From Candidatus Helarchaeota archaeon (GTDB lineage Archaea; Asgardarchaeota; Lokiarchaeia; Helarchaeales; RDOG01), in the NCBI GenBank assembly GCA_029838215.1, contig JALGVI010000081.1, positions 1 to 15,364 on the forward strand: a stretch of DNA of 15,364 nt, read 5' to 3'. Every line of letters starts with the position of its first letter. The first letter of the stretch is position 1. The translations under genes were made by a program, and so were the position numbers. This document shows positions 8,087 to 15,144 of this stretch, piece after piece. The notes beneath the pieces were generated by a model. It searched no databases and was not told where the DNA came from. It saw only the letters and a list, made by a program, of their open reading frames with translations.

Positions 8087-9232
8087 TTGGCAGATATTGT
8101 TCATTCCAAAGTGTTGGAAACACCACCAAAATCATTTGAAGATTTAATAATTGAAGTTCATGAAAAGGGCATCTGTGGACAATGTGGAGGTTGCGTAAAT
8201 TTTTGTTCGGCAAGCGAAATAATGGCAATTAAGATGCAAGATGATGGACCTCCAGTTTACGTGAATAAAGATAATTGCTTGCATTGTGGAATATGTTATT
8301 TAATCTGTCCTCAGATCCACATATTGGATAATGAATTAAGATATAGATTCAATTGGAAACCGCCCATTGGGAATTGGACCAAGGTTGTTTCCGCCCAAGC
8401 ACGATCCGAGCAAATACAAGAGGAAGCAACGGATGGAGGAGTAGTTACTGGGATCTTGCTTTATTTATTGGAAAATAACTTGATTGATGGAGCGCTGGTC
8501 TGCAAGAAAATCGGCCCATTCCAAAGAGAATCTTTTTTTGCAAAAACAAGGCAAGACCTGATCGAAGCCGCAGGGTCAAAATTTGACTTTTCAGCAAGCA
8601 CGGAAAAGTTAGGCAAGTATTCAACTTTCACGCCAACGATTTCAGGCTTGAAAAGCCTGCTGGACCTGGATAGAACTAACATTGCAGTGGTGGGCGTTCC
8701 CTGTCAAATTCACAGCATCCGAAAAATGCAACAATTGAAAATTCTTCCTGCACACATAATAAAATATACGCTGGGTTTATTCTGTTATGAAAATTTCTCT
8801 TTTTATGACCCCGTGAGAGTAAGATTGGAAAACAAGCTGGGTTTTTCCTTCAGTGACATCCTGAAAATGAATATCAAGGAGAACATCCTGTTTAAGTTAA
8901 GAGATGGGAGAACTCTTGCAGTTCCATTTGCATCTTTAAAAGAGGGCATGAGAACGGCTTGCTCGGCATGTGATGACTTTTCAAATGTTTACTCGGACAT
9001 CTCCTTTGGGGGACTCGGTTCAGAACAAGGTCACACCAGTACTTTGATAAGAACGCGAATCGGTGAGAACGTCTATGAACAGGCCGTAAAAAAAGGATAC
9101 ATCCAGGAAGACGCATCACTAAACACTTCTATCAAGAAGTCAGAGATGCTTGCAAAGATCATTAGCTTTTCTAAGATGAAAATGAAACGAGCAAAAAAGA
9201 GATTTAATTCAATCACGAAATTTCGTCTTTAA
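8087..9232 (+). CDS. Coenzyme F420 hydrogenase/dehydrogenase beta-subunit family protein (FrhB/FdhB-like) with N-terminal 2x[4Fe-4S] ferredoxin
   Basis: CGQCGGCVNFC and CLHCGICYLICP; ATDGGVVTGIL, AAGSKF, VVGVPCQI, LGLFCYENF and CSACDDFS...DISFGG match FrhB/FdhB N and C domains. TTG start after a GAGGGG SD. Confidence 0.9.
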   Translation: MADIVHSKVLETPPKSFEDLIIEVHEKGICGQCGGCVNFCSASEIMAIKMQDDGPPVYVNKDNCLHCGICYLICPQIHILDNELRYRFNWKPPIGNWTKVVSAQARSEQIQEEATDGGVVTGILLYLLENNLIDGALVCKKIGPFQRESFFAKTRQDLIEAAGSKFDFSASTEKLGKYSTFTPTISGLKSLLDLDRTNIAVVGVPCQIHSIRKMQQLKILPAHIIKYTLGLFCYENFSFYDPVRVRLENKLGFSFSDILKMNIKENILFKLRDGRTLAVPFASLKEGMRTACSACDDFSNVYSDISFGGLGSEQGHTSTLIRTRIGENVYEQAVKKGYIQEDASLNTSIKKSEMLAKIISFSKMKMKRAKKRFNSITKFRL

Positions 9233-9656
9233 GAGACCGCAATACGATGCAACTTTCTATTTCCTTGACACCCGGAATGCCCCGTATGACATCGATGGTT
9301 TCATCAATTCTGTCCAAATTGTCAACTTCAATTTTAATGAGAAGTCCACATTTACCGCTCATGTAATAGCCCTCGGTAACATCAGCAAATTTTAGGATTT
9401 GATCCGCGATGTCTTTTATGTTTGATTGAATCAATGGTGATATCGTCAAAAAAGCAAGAACCTTCCGGTCGTGTTTTGGTTTATTAAGAACGACGGTAAA
9501 ATGGCTTATCAAATTATTATTTATCAGCTTATTAACTCGCTTTCGAACCGTTGATTCGCTGATCTTCAGGCGATTTGCGATATCTGCAAACGAAGCCCTC
9601 CCGTCTCTCTTTAAATAGTGAATGATTTTCTGATTTACATCATCTAGATTTTCCAA
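9213..9656 (-). CDS. Lrp/AsnC family transcriptional regulator
   Basis: LDDVNQKIIHYLKRDGRASFADIANRLKISESTVRKRVNKL HTH, followed by a RAM-type C-domain (YYMSGKCGLLIKI...IPGVKEIESCIVL). TTG start after a GAGGGG SD. The 3' end overlaps the frhB-like gene by 20 nt. Confidence 0.93.
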   Translation of the reverse strand: MENLDDVNQKIIHYLKRDGRASFADIANRLKISESTVRKRVNKLINNNLISHFTVVLNKPKHDRKVLAFLTISPLIQSNIKDIADQILKFADVTEGYYMSGKCGLLIKIEVDNLDRIDETIDVIRGIPGVKEIESCIVLRSLKDEIS

Positions 9657-10031
9657 CCTTTCAACCCCTCAAGTAAAAACATGTTATTCAATTTTAGGTT
9701 TTAAACCAATTCATATTTAATAATACGAATTTCGGCTAAAAAAAGCTTGTGATAAAGCTGGTTTTGGGAAATTAGTCAATGAATGTTTTAATGATGTAAA
9801 AAAATATTAATTATAATGACGAATTTAGGAAGAGCGAAACATGACTTTCATTTATTATTCTAGCCAATCCCTGAGGAGATCAACCAAAAAATCATGTTAA
9901 TTAATAGAATTCTGGAACGTGATTTCAGAAATCATGAATGAATTTTCTCTTTTTTTCTCAAAATCTTGGGAACAAGTACGGAAAAAAATCGCTGAAAAAA
10001 ATAAATACCACGCGTTTGCGTAAGTTTCTAA

Positions 10032-10044
10032 CGAAATTTAAAAG
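10032..10044 (+). promoter_or_regulatory. BRE-TATA promoter candidate for Cys-rich gene 1
   Basis: CGAAA immediately followed by TTTAAAAA, about 75 nt upstream of ATG 10120. Confidence 0.55.
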
Positions 10045-10119
10045 CATAAGAGTTATTTAGCATGGATTCTCATATTCTAGATTGGTTAAATAAAAAATAT
10101 AATAAGATATAAGGTGAAC

Positions 10120-10389
10120 ATGTTGTGTAATAATTGTAGTTGTGCGGAAATGGAAAAATGTTCAATTCGAGGATATCTTCCATATGGCTCATGTTGTGAT
10201 AAATGCGAATTCATAAAAACAACGAATTGCTATGTTCTGAGCATTAGTGAAAAAGTGCAGGATGAAGAAGACCTGTTGATCTCACAAATCGTGGGGGAAC
10301 TTGAAAACAAGATTCTAAAGAATATACGGGTCTTTAAAGAAGCAATAATAACTAAATCACGCCAAAAAGTTGTCGTTCCAAAAAGTTAA
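10120..10389 (+). CDS. Small Cys-rich hypothetical protein (8-Cys N-terminal metal-binding motif), paralog 1
   Basis: MLCNNCSCAEMEKCSIRGYLPYGSCCDKCEFIKTTNC. GGTGA SD before ATG 10120 (the track's GTG 10114 is part of that SD); T-tracts follow the stop; the motif is conserved in 11068..11346. Confidence 0.85.
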   Translation: MLCNNCSCAEMEKCSIRGYLPYGSCCDKCEFIKTTNCYVLSISEKVQDEEDLLISQIVGELENKILKNIRVFKEAIITKSRQKVVVPKS

Positions 10390-10394
10390 ATGAA

Positions 10395-10418
10395 TTTTTT
10401 TTGCAAATCCTTTTTTTT
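10395..10418 (+). terminator. Oligo-T terminator candidate
   Basis: Two T8 runs (10395-10402 and 10411-10418) directly after TAA 10387-10389. Confidence 0.6.
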
Positions 10419-10494
10419 ATGTTTAGAAATTCTTCAAATCTCAGGGAGATCAAGAAAAAAACATGAAAGATGATAAATTGCAAAAAAGAAATTT

Positions 10495-10782
10495 TTAATT
10501 TAAGACGAATAAAAACACGTAAATCTTCGAGAATTTCGGATCGATTTCACCATTTGGCAAGTAATGCTTCAAGATCACCATTATTCTCAACACGGGAGTT
10601 CCATCGGCAGCATGATCCACGAAATGCTTCTTTTCAATTTCAAATAAATGACCGGCTAAGCGCGGACAATCAAATAATTCAAGATTTTCTATTGAATCGG
10701 TTTCATTATCGTGAATTTCTTTTTCATTGATCATGGTAATCATCTCTTTTGCATTCAATTTTGGTTTCTCACGATTCAACAT
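10495..10782 (-). CDS. Hypothetical protein, 95 aa
   Basis: ATG start, protein-like composition, fits without overlap between two plus-strand genes, and has a BRE-TATA-like element upstream. I recognise no family. Confidence 0.65.
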   Translation of the reverse strand: MLNREKPKLNAKEMITMINEKEIHDNETDSIENLELFDCPRLAGHLFEIEKKHFVDHAADGTPVLRIMVILKHYLPNGEIDPKFSKIYVFLFVLN

Positions 10783-10827
10783 GGTTCGGATTCACTATAA
10801 AAGGATGACTCATTTCTTGTATAGACT

Positions 10828-10843
10828 GTATATATTTTTCGTG
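10828..10843 (-). promoter_or_regulatory. BRE-TATA promoter candidate for the 95-aa gene
   Basis: Minus strand reads CACGAAAAATATATAC, about 50 nt upstream of ATG 10782. Confidence 0.55.
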
Positions 10844-11067
10844 ATTTTGATTAGATATTCATGTTAAATGACTACTAATTACGGATTTCTTAATCTTTTT
10901 TTTCACGAGCTTTACGAAATTCAGGATTAATTTCGGTTGAAAAAAAGGGAATTTAGTTGCATGATTGACGAAAAATGAGAGCGAGGGGCTTATTTATTTT
11001 GACATCCATAATTATATCAGGGATACAATTAGGATAATGAACGCAAAGCAGGATTGAAGTTGAAAAC

Positions 11068-11346
11068 ATGTGTAATTATTGTAAATGCACGAACATGGAT
11101 AGATGTTCAATAAGGGGTACCGTTCCGATAGGATTTTGTTGTGAGAAGTGCGATTTCGTAGATCTTGATGTTTGTTCAACAAAGCATGGACAATTGAGGG
11201 AAGAAATGGCTTCCTACGTTGATAATCTTGCATTAGATGAACGAAGGGTGATTGATCTCGGTAAAACCAAGTTTAGAATTTCATTATTGCACGGGGATAT
11301 AAAAAGCATGAGAGTTTATGAAGTGGAGGAGGTAAAAAAGAAATAA
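11068..11346 (+). CDS. Small Cys-rich hypothetical protein (8-Cys N-terminal metal-binding motif), paralog 2
   Basis: MCNYCKCTNMDRCSIRGTVPIGFCCEKCDFVDLDVC, with the same Cys spacing as 10120..10389. Confidence 0.85.
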   Translation: MCNYCKCTNMDRCSIRGTVPIGFCCEKCDFVDLDVCSTKHGQLREEMASYVDNLALDERRVIDLGKTKFRISLLHGDIKSMRVYEVEEVKKK

Positions 11347-11349
11347 TCG

Positions 11350-11381
11350 AAAAAAGAGCTCGCATCATGGCATTGTTTTTT
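11350..11381. terminator. Convergent oligo-T terminator candidates
   Basis: A6 at 11350-11355 (T6 on the minus strand) and T6 at 11376-11381, between the convergent stops at 11346 and 11383. Confidence 0.45.
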
Positions 11382-11382
11382 C

Positions 11383-12144
11383 CTATTTTTCAGCAAGATC
11401 GGATATCATGCCAAAAACCACTTTCATGGATTCATCGATGTTTTTAAGAATCATTGGAGAGAAGCTTTTCATCTGAGATATGTGCTGATTGTTGCCGGGG
11501 TTGTCGGTCACGACCAGAATTGCGAGCGTCTTCATGTCGAATATTTGACCGAGTGCGTAAATTATCGTGGTTTCCATGTCGATTCCGATTGCGCCGTGAG
11601 ATCGTGCTTTCTCGACGAGTTCAGGAGGTTCCCTTAGCAGAGCGTCATGAGACCAGATGGGGCCGGCATGAAAAGAGAGACCCCGAGTTTCTGCCTTCGA
11701 CATGAAAAGATCCAGAAGCTCTTGGCTTGCAGGGATCGAGATCTCATCGTCCGTTCGGTAATGAGGTGTTGTCCCATCACCTATGAGTCCAGCAGTTGCG
11801 ACAATGACCTCCCCGATCTTTATTTCGGGGTCAAGAGCACCGCAATAATCCAATCTAATGATTATCGGTTTCTTTTTGGAGAAATTGATGCCTTCCATCT
11901 TACAAGCGGCGGAAGGAGCACCGATTCCTGACGGAATTATCGAGATGGGAATGTCATTGACTTTGCCCTTCAAGATTTCGCCCGTTTTCTTGGGTTTTTC
12001 ATCGAATTTCTTTGAAATCTGGTTCACGACAATCGGCGTTGCCGGCATTATCACGTAATCAGAAATAGCGCTCGGACCACATCCCAGCATCATGTAACAC
12101 ATTCTCAATTTTTCACTCATGATTCTCATCCCAAAACTTATCAT
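11383..12144 (-). CDS. Nucleoside phosphorylase-I (DeoD/Udp-fold) family protein with atypical active-site motifs
   Basis: SGIGAPSAA, IIRLDYCGAL, IKIGEVIVA, GDGTTPHY, WSHDALLRE, GIDMET and VVTDN align with DeoD/Udp motifs. Start uncertain (TTG 12168, ATG 12144, 12129 or 12120). Confidence 0.85.
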   Translation of the reverse strand: MISFGMRIMSEKLRMCYMMLGCGPSAISDYVIMPATPIVVNQISKKFDEKPKKTGEILKGKVNDIPISIIPSGIGAPSAACKMEGINFSKKKPIIIRLDYCGALDPEIKIGEVIVATAGLIGDGTTPHYRTDDEISIPASQELLDLFMSKAETRGLSFHAGPIWSHDALLREPPELVEKARSHGAIGIDMETTIIYALGQIFDMKTLAILVVTDNPGNNQHISQMKSFSPMILKNIDESMKVVFGMISDLAEK

Positions 12145-12247
12145 GCCTGCCTTTATGACATTCCACAAGAGTTTTTCATCTCACGATTGGTTTGACGATG
12201 CAAGATTACCCATTCTTAACAAATTAATCATTTTCAAAATTATAAAT

Positions 12248-12260
12248 GAAAATTTATATA
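12248..12260 (+). promoter_or_regulatory. BRE-TATA promoter, probably giving a near-leaderless mRNA
   Basis: GAAAA followed by TTTATATA, ending 30 nt before ATG 12290, with no SD in between. Confidence 0.6.
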
Positions 12261-12289
12261 AATCTGTACCGAAGAGATAAATAAACAAA

Positions 12290-13747
12290 ATGGAAAAGAA
12301 CGTTTTTATGGAGGCAGATAGGATTTCTAGAAAAACGAAGACACGAACCTACTCTTTAGTTTTCATCTTGTTTTTAATCTGCCTCTCGCTCATGCCGTGC
12401 TTTTTAATTTTACAAAACATTTCCGCGTTAAATCATGGAATAGCCGCTTATAATGATCATTTGATGGCTCAAACTTCAGGACATCTCTCCATTCAGACAA
12501 TCATAACAGGAGATTTTGATAACGATGGTAAAAAGGAGTTCGTAGCCGGGGGGATTGATGGCAAAATCTTGGTATATGAAGATACGGGAACGGACAATAG
12601 TCTGCAATGTGTTTGGAGCACGCAGTGGGATATTGAAACGCACATAACTAGATTGGTCGATGGAAACGATACGGACAATGATGGAAATCGTGAATTTGTA
12701 GCGGCGACCTTGGGAAGTTCACCTACGGAAAATAGCCTATATGTTTTTGAAAATACGGGCAACGATAACTACGTGCTAAGATGGAATAGCAGTGGTTATG
12801 GAGGGTATGGCATCAAAGGTCTAGCCGCAGGAGATCCCGATTCGGATGGGAAAAAAGACATTTTTGCAGGAAATCAAAATGGCGCAGTTTTTAATTTTGA
12901 ATATAACGGTACGGATAACGTTACGGATTACGAAGTCACGTGGCAAAACAGCTCGATCGTAACGGGAGGCAGTATAGTTGGCTTGCTTCTTCATGATTTT
13001 GATAATGACACGCTTGATGAATTAGTTGTCGTCGGTAGTGGTGTTGGAATTTCGGAGATTCATGTTTTTGAGGCAACGGGCGTGGACAATCAATACAATG
13101 AAACGTGGACTTACACCATTCCCTTGTTGCCGGAGATCTACGATATTTGTTTTGTAAACGATTCCAATGTAAACGGTTTTAGTGAATTTCTCGTGGGAAC
13201 GAGCGGTCAGATGCTATTATTTGAACGTGCGGGAAATGATAACTACACCATTATCTGGACTTCAGGACCATTGACGAATTTCCGAGCAGTGACTTCGGGC
13301 GTGTTAGACGGGGATCAGGGTCCTGAACTGATAGGTGCCACGCCTAACGACGTGCAGGTTTTTGAGAATAATTCAATCGGCCAATATCCCAGAGTCTGGT
13401 TGTATAGTTTCTTACAGCCACCATTGATCAATCCCCAAATCTCAAGCATTAGTGCGGCTGAAGATTTAGACGGTGATGGACTGCCAGAATTGATCGTTGC
13501 AGGTGATTCGGTCAACCCGCGCATTTTCGTATTTGAATATACGGGCGTGGATAATCAATTAAGCCTGGTTTGGAATGATGGTTCTGATGACTCGGATGAC
13601 TTGATATCTTATTTAGAAGCCATTATTGTAATAGTCATCTTGGTCGTCATCATAACGGTGGCAGTATTTGCTGTATTTATCGGAATTCATTTTTACACGC
13701 AAAGAGAAGATGAAAAATACAGGCACCTGATGAAAAAGATAGATTAG
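12290..13747 (+). CDS. FG-GAP/VCBS-repeat cell-surface protein (seven repeats, N-terminal signal/TM segment, C-terminal TM anchor)
   Basis: Seven D-x-D/N-x-D/N-G-x-x-E/D-type loops (GDFDNDGKKE, NDTDNDGNRE, GDPDSDGKKD, HDFDNDTLDE, NDSNVNGFSE, GVLDGDQGPE, EDLDGDGLPE). Hydrophobic stretch YSLVFILFLICLSLMPCFLIL near the N-terminus and AIIVIVILVVIITVAVFAVFIGIHF near the C-terminus. Confidence 0.88.
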   Translation: MEKNVFMEADRISRKTKTRTYSLVFILFLICLSLMPCFLILQNISALNHGIAAYNDHLMAQTSGHLSIQTIITGDFDNDGKKEFVAGGIDGKILVYEDTGTDNSLQCVWSTQWDIETHITRLVDGNDTDNDGNREFVAATLGSSPTENSLYVFENTGNDNYVLRWNSSGYGGYGIKGLAAGDPDSDGKKDIFAGNQNGAVFNFEYNGTDNVTDYEVTWQNSSIVTGGSIVGLLLHDFDNDTLDELVVVGSGVGISEIHVFEATGVDNQYNETWTYTIPLLPEIYDICFVNDSNVNGFSEFLVGTSGQMLLFERAGNDNYTIIWTSGPLTNFRAVTSGVLDGDQGPELIGATPNDVQVFENNSIGQYPRVWLYSFLQPPLINPQISSISAAEDLDGDGLPELIVAGDSVNPRIFVFEYTGVDNQLSLVWNDGSDDSDDLISYLEAIIVIVILVVIITVAVFAVFIGIHFYTQREDEKYRHLMKKID

Positions 13748-13771
13748 AAAAAAAAAGGAATTTATTTTTTT
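13748..13771. terminator. Bidirectional oligo-T terminator candidate
   Basis: A9 at 13748-13756 gives a T9 just after the minus-strand gene. TTTATTTTTTT at 13761-13771 serves the plus-strand gene and overlaps the KK* codons of the minus gene. Confidence 0.55.
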
Positions 13772-15093
13772 AGGACTTCTCTTGCGATGTCCACGACTTC
13801 TTCGAGAGACATCCCCATCTGGGACATCACCCGATTATATTCCTTGACGAAAGCACGGTGCATTTCGATGCCTTTTTCGATCTGGCGTTTCTTGACTTTT
13901 AGGGTTATTTCAATGAGTTCTTGCCTGTTGGGTTCTCGCAAGCCGGATTCATTTAATGCTTCCTTTAGGACGACTTCGGTACCGCTGAACTTTCCGTAAC
14001 GGAAGCGGGATTCCCGTCCCAATAGTTCTGAAGGAATGGTTTCATAAGTGTATTTGTGTGCCAATACACCGTGACTATGGATTCCGCTTTCATGCGTGAA
14101 TGCATTCGCACCAATCACGGGCTTGTTAATGGGTATGGGCACGCCCGAATAGCTCGAGATCAATTCACATAATTCAAACATCTTATCGAGCTTGATGCGC
14201 GTGTTGTAGCCATAAAGCACTTCAAGAGCCATTATGACTTCTTCTAAAGGTGCATTTCCAGCCCGTTCACCGATTCCCGTGAATGTTCCCGAGATGCCTC
14301 CTGCGCCTGCTTCCACACTAGCCAACGTGTTTGCAGTTGCCAGTCCGAGATCATTATGGCAATGGATGCCGGGAGCAGGGGGTTCACCATATCCTGCATC
14401 GGCTATTGTTTGAACGAATTTTTTGTAAAACCATTTTGTCGTGGCGGGTGTCAAAGAGCCTGTTGTATCGGATATGCCAAAGCTTGCCCACATCGGACCA
14501 GATGCTTCCTTGGCAGCAACAATGAGCTTAGCCACGTAATTCATGTCGCTACGTGAGCAATCTTCTCGTCCCATTATGATTCTTAAATCGTGATCGCGGG
14601 CATATTCGGCAGCCTTGCAGTACATTTCGATGTTTTCTTCAAGCGTGAGCTTCAATTTTGCCCGAATGTGAAATTCAGAGCTTGATGTGAATAAATCAAT
14701 TGCCTTTGAATCACATTGAAGGGCCTTGTCGATGTCGGATTGTTTGGCACGACACATGACGAACGGTAAAAATTTCAAGTTCTCCGAATGGATGAGCTTG
14801 CAGGCTTTCATTTCATCTTCGCTCACGGCGGGGAAGCCAATTTCAGCGGTTTGTATTCCGATTTCAGCAAACATTTTCGCAATTTCGAGTTTCTCTTCAG
14901 GGCTAAATATCACGCCAGTTTGTTGTTCACCGTCTCGAAGGGTTTGGTCGCCAATAATCAGCATGTTCGGAAACTTCGTTGCCAATTCTTGGTGCATTTC
15001 CACGGTATAATTATGAATCCATCCTTTCTCGTAAATTTCGGCATAAGAGGGAGGAAGTCGTTTCAAAAATTTTTTCATGCTTAATCTTGCCAT
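13762..15093 (-). CDS. Homocitrate synthase / 2-isopropylmalate synthase family (DRE-TIM metallolyase), without a LeuA regulatory domain
   Basis: DQTLRDGEQQ, EIGFPA, HCHNDLGLATANTLA, GIGERAGNAPLEE, NKPVIGANAFTHESGIH, GKFSG; GAGGAG SD upstream. Confidence 0.9.
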   Translation of the reverse strand: MARLSMKKFLKRLPPSYAEIYEKGWIHNYTVEMHQELATKFPNMLIIGDQTLRDGEQQTGVIFSPEEKLEIAKMFAEIGIQTAEIGFPAVSEDEMKACKLIHSENLKFLPFVMCRAKQSDIDKALQCDSKAIDLFTSSSEFHIRAKLKLTLEENIEMYCKAAEYARDHDLRIIMGREDCSRSDMNYVAKLIVAAKEASGPMWASFGISDTTGSLTPATTKWFYKKFVQTIADAGYGEPPAPGIHCHNDLGLATANTLASVEAGAGGISGTFTGIGERAGNAPLEEVIMALEVLYGYNTRIKLDKMFELCELISSYSGVPIPINKPVIGANAFTHESGIHSHGVLAHKYTYETIPSELLGRESRFRYGKFSGTEVVLKEALNESGLREPNRQELIEITLKVKKRQIEKGIEMHRAFVKEYNRVMSQMGMSLEEVVDIAREVLKK

Positions 15094-15132
15094 GGGATTT
15101 TCTCCTCAAACGAAAATTGAATTTATTTCAAT

Positions 15133-15144
15133 TATATTAAATAT
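15133..15144 (-). promoter_or_regulatory. TATA box candidate for the homocitrate synthase-like gene
   Basis: Minus strand ATATTTAATATA predicts a transcription start near 15111, just upstream of the SD at 15107-15101. Confidence 0.5.

Noticed and set aside
9841-10023. Three short plus-strand ATG ORFs (15-29 aa) in the lrp/Cys-rich intergenic region
   Set aside because: Too short, with no motif or homology evidence; they lie upstream of the better-supported promoter at 10032.
10470-11233. Track ORFs 10470..10730 (+) and 11012..11233 (-)
   Set aside because: Antisense to better-supported genes that have promoters, terminators or a conserved paralog motif.
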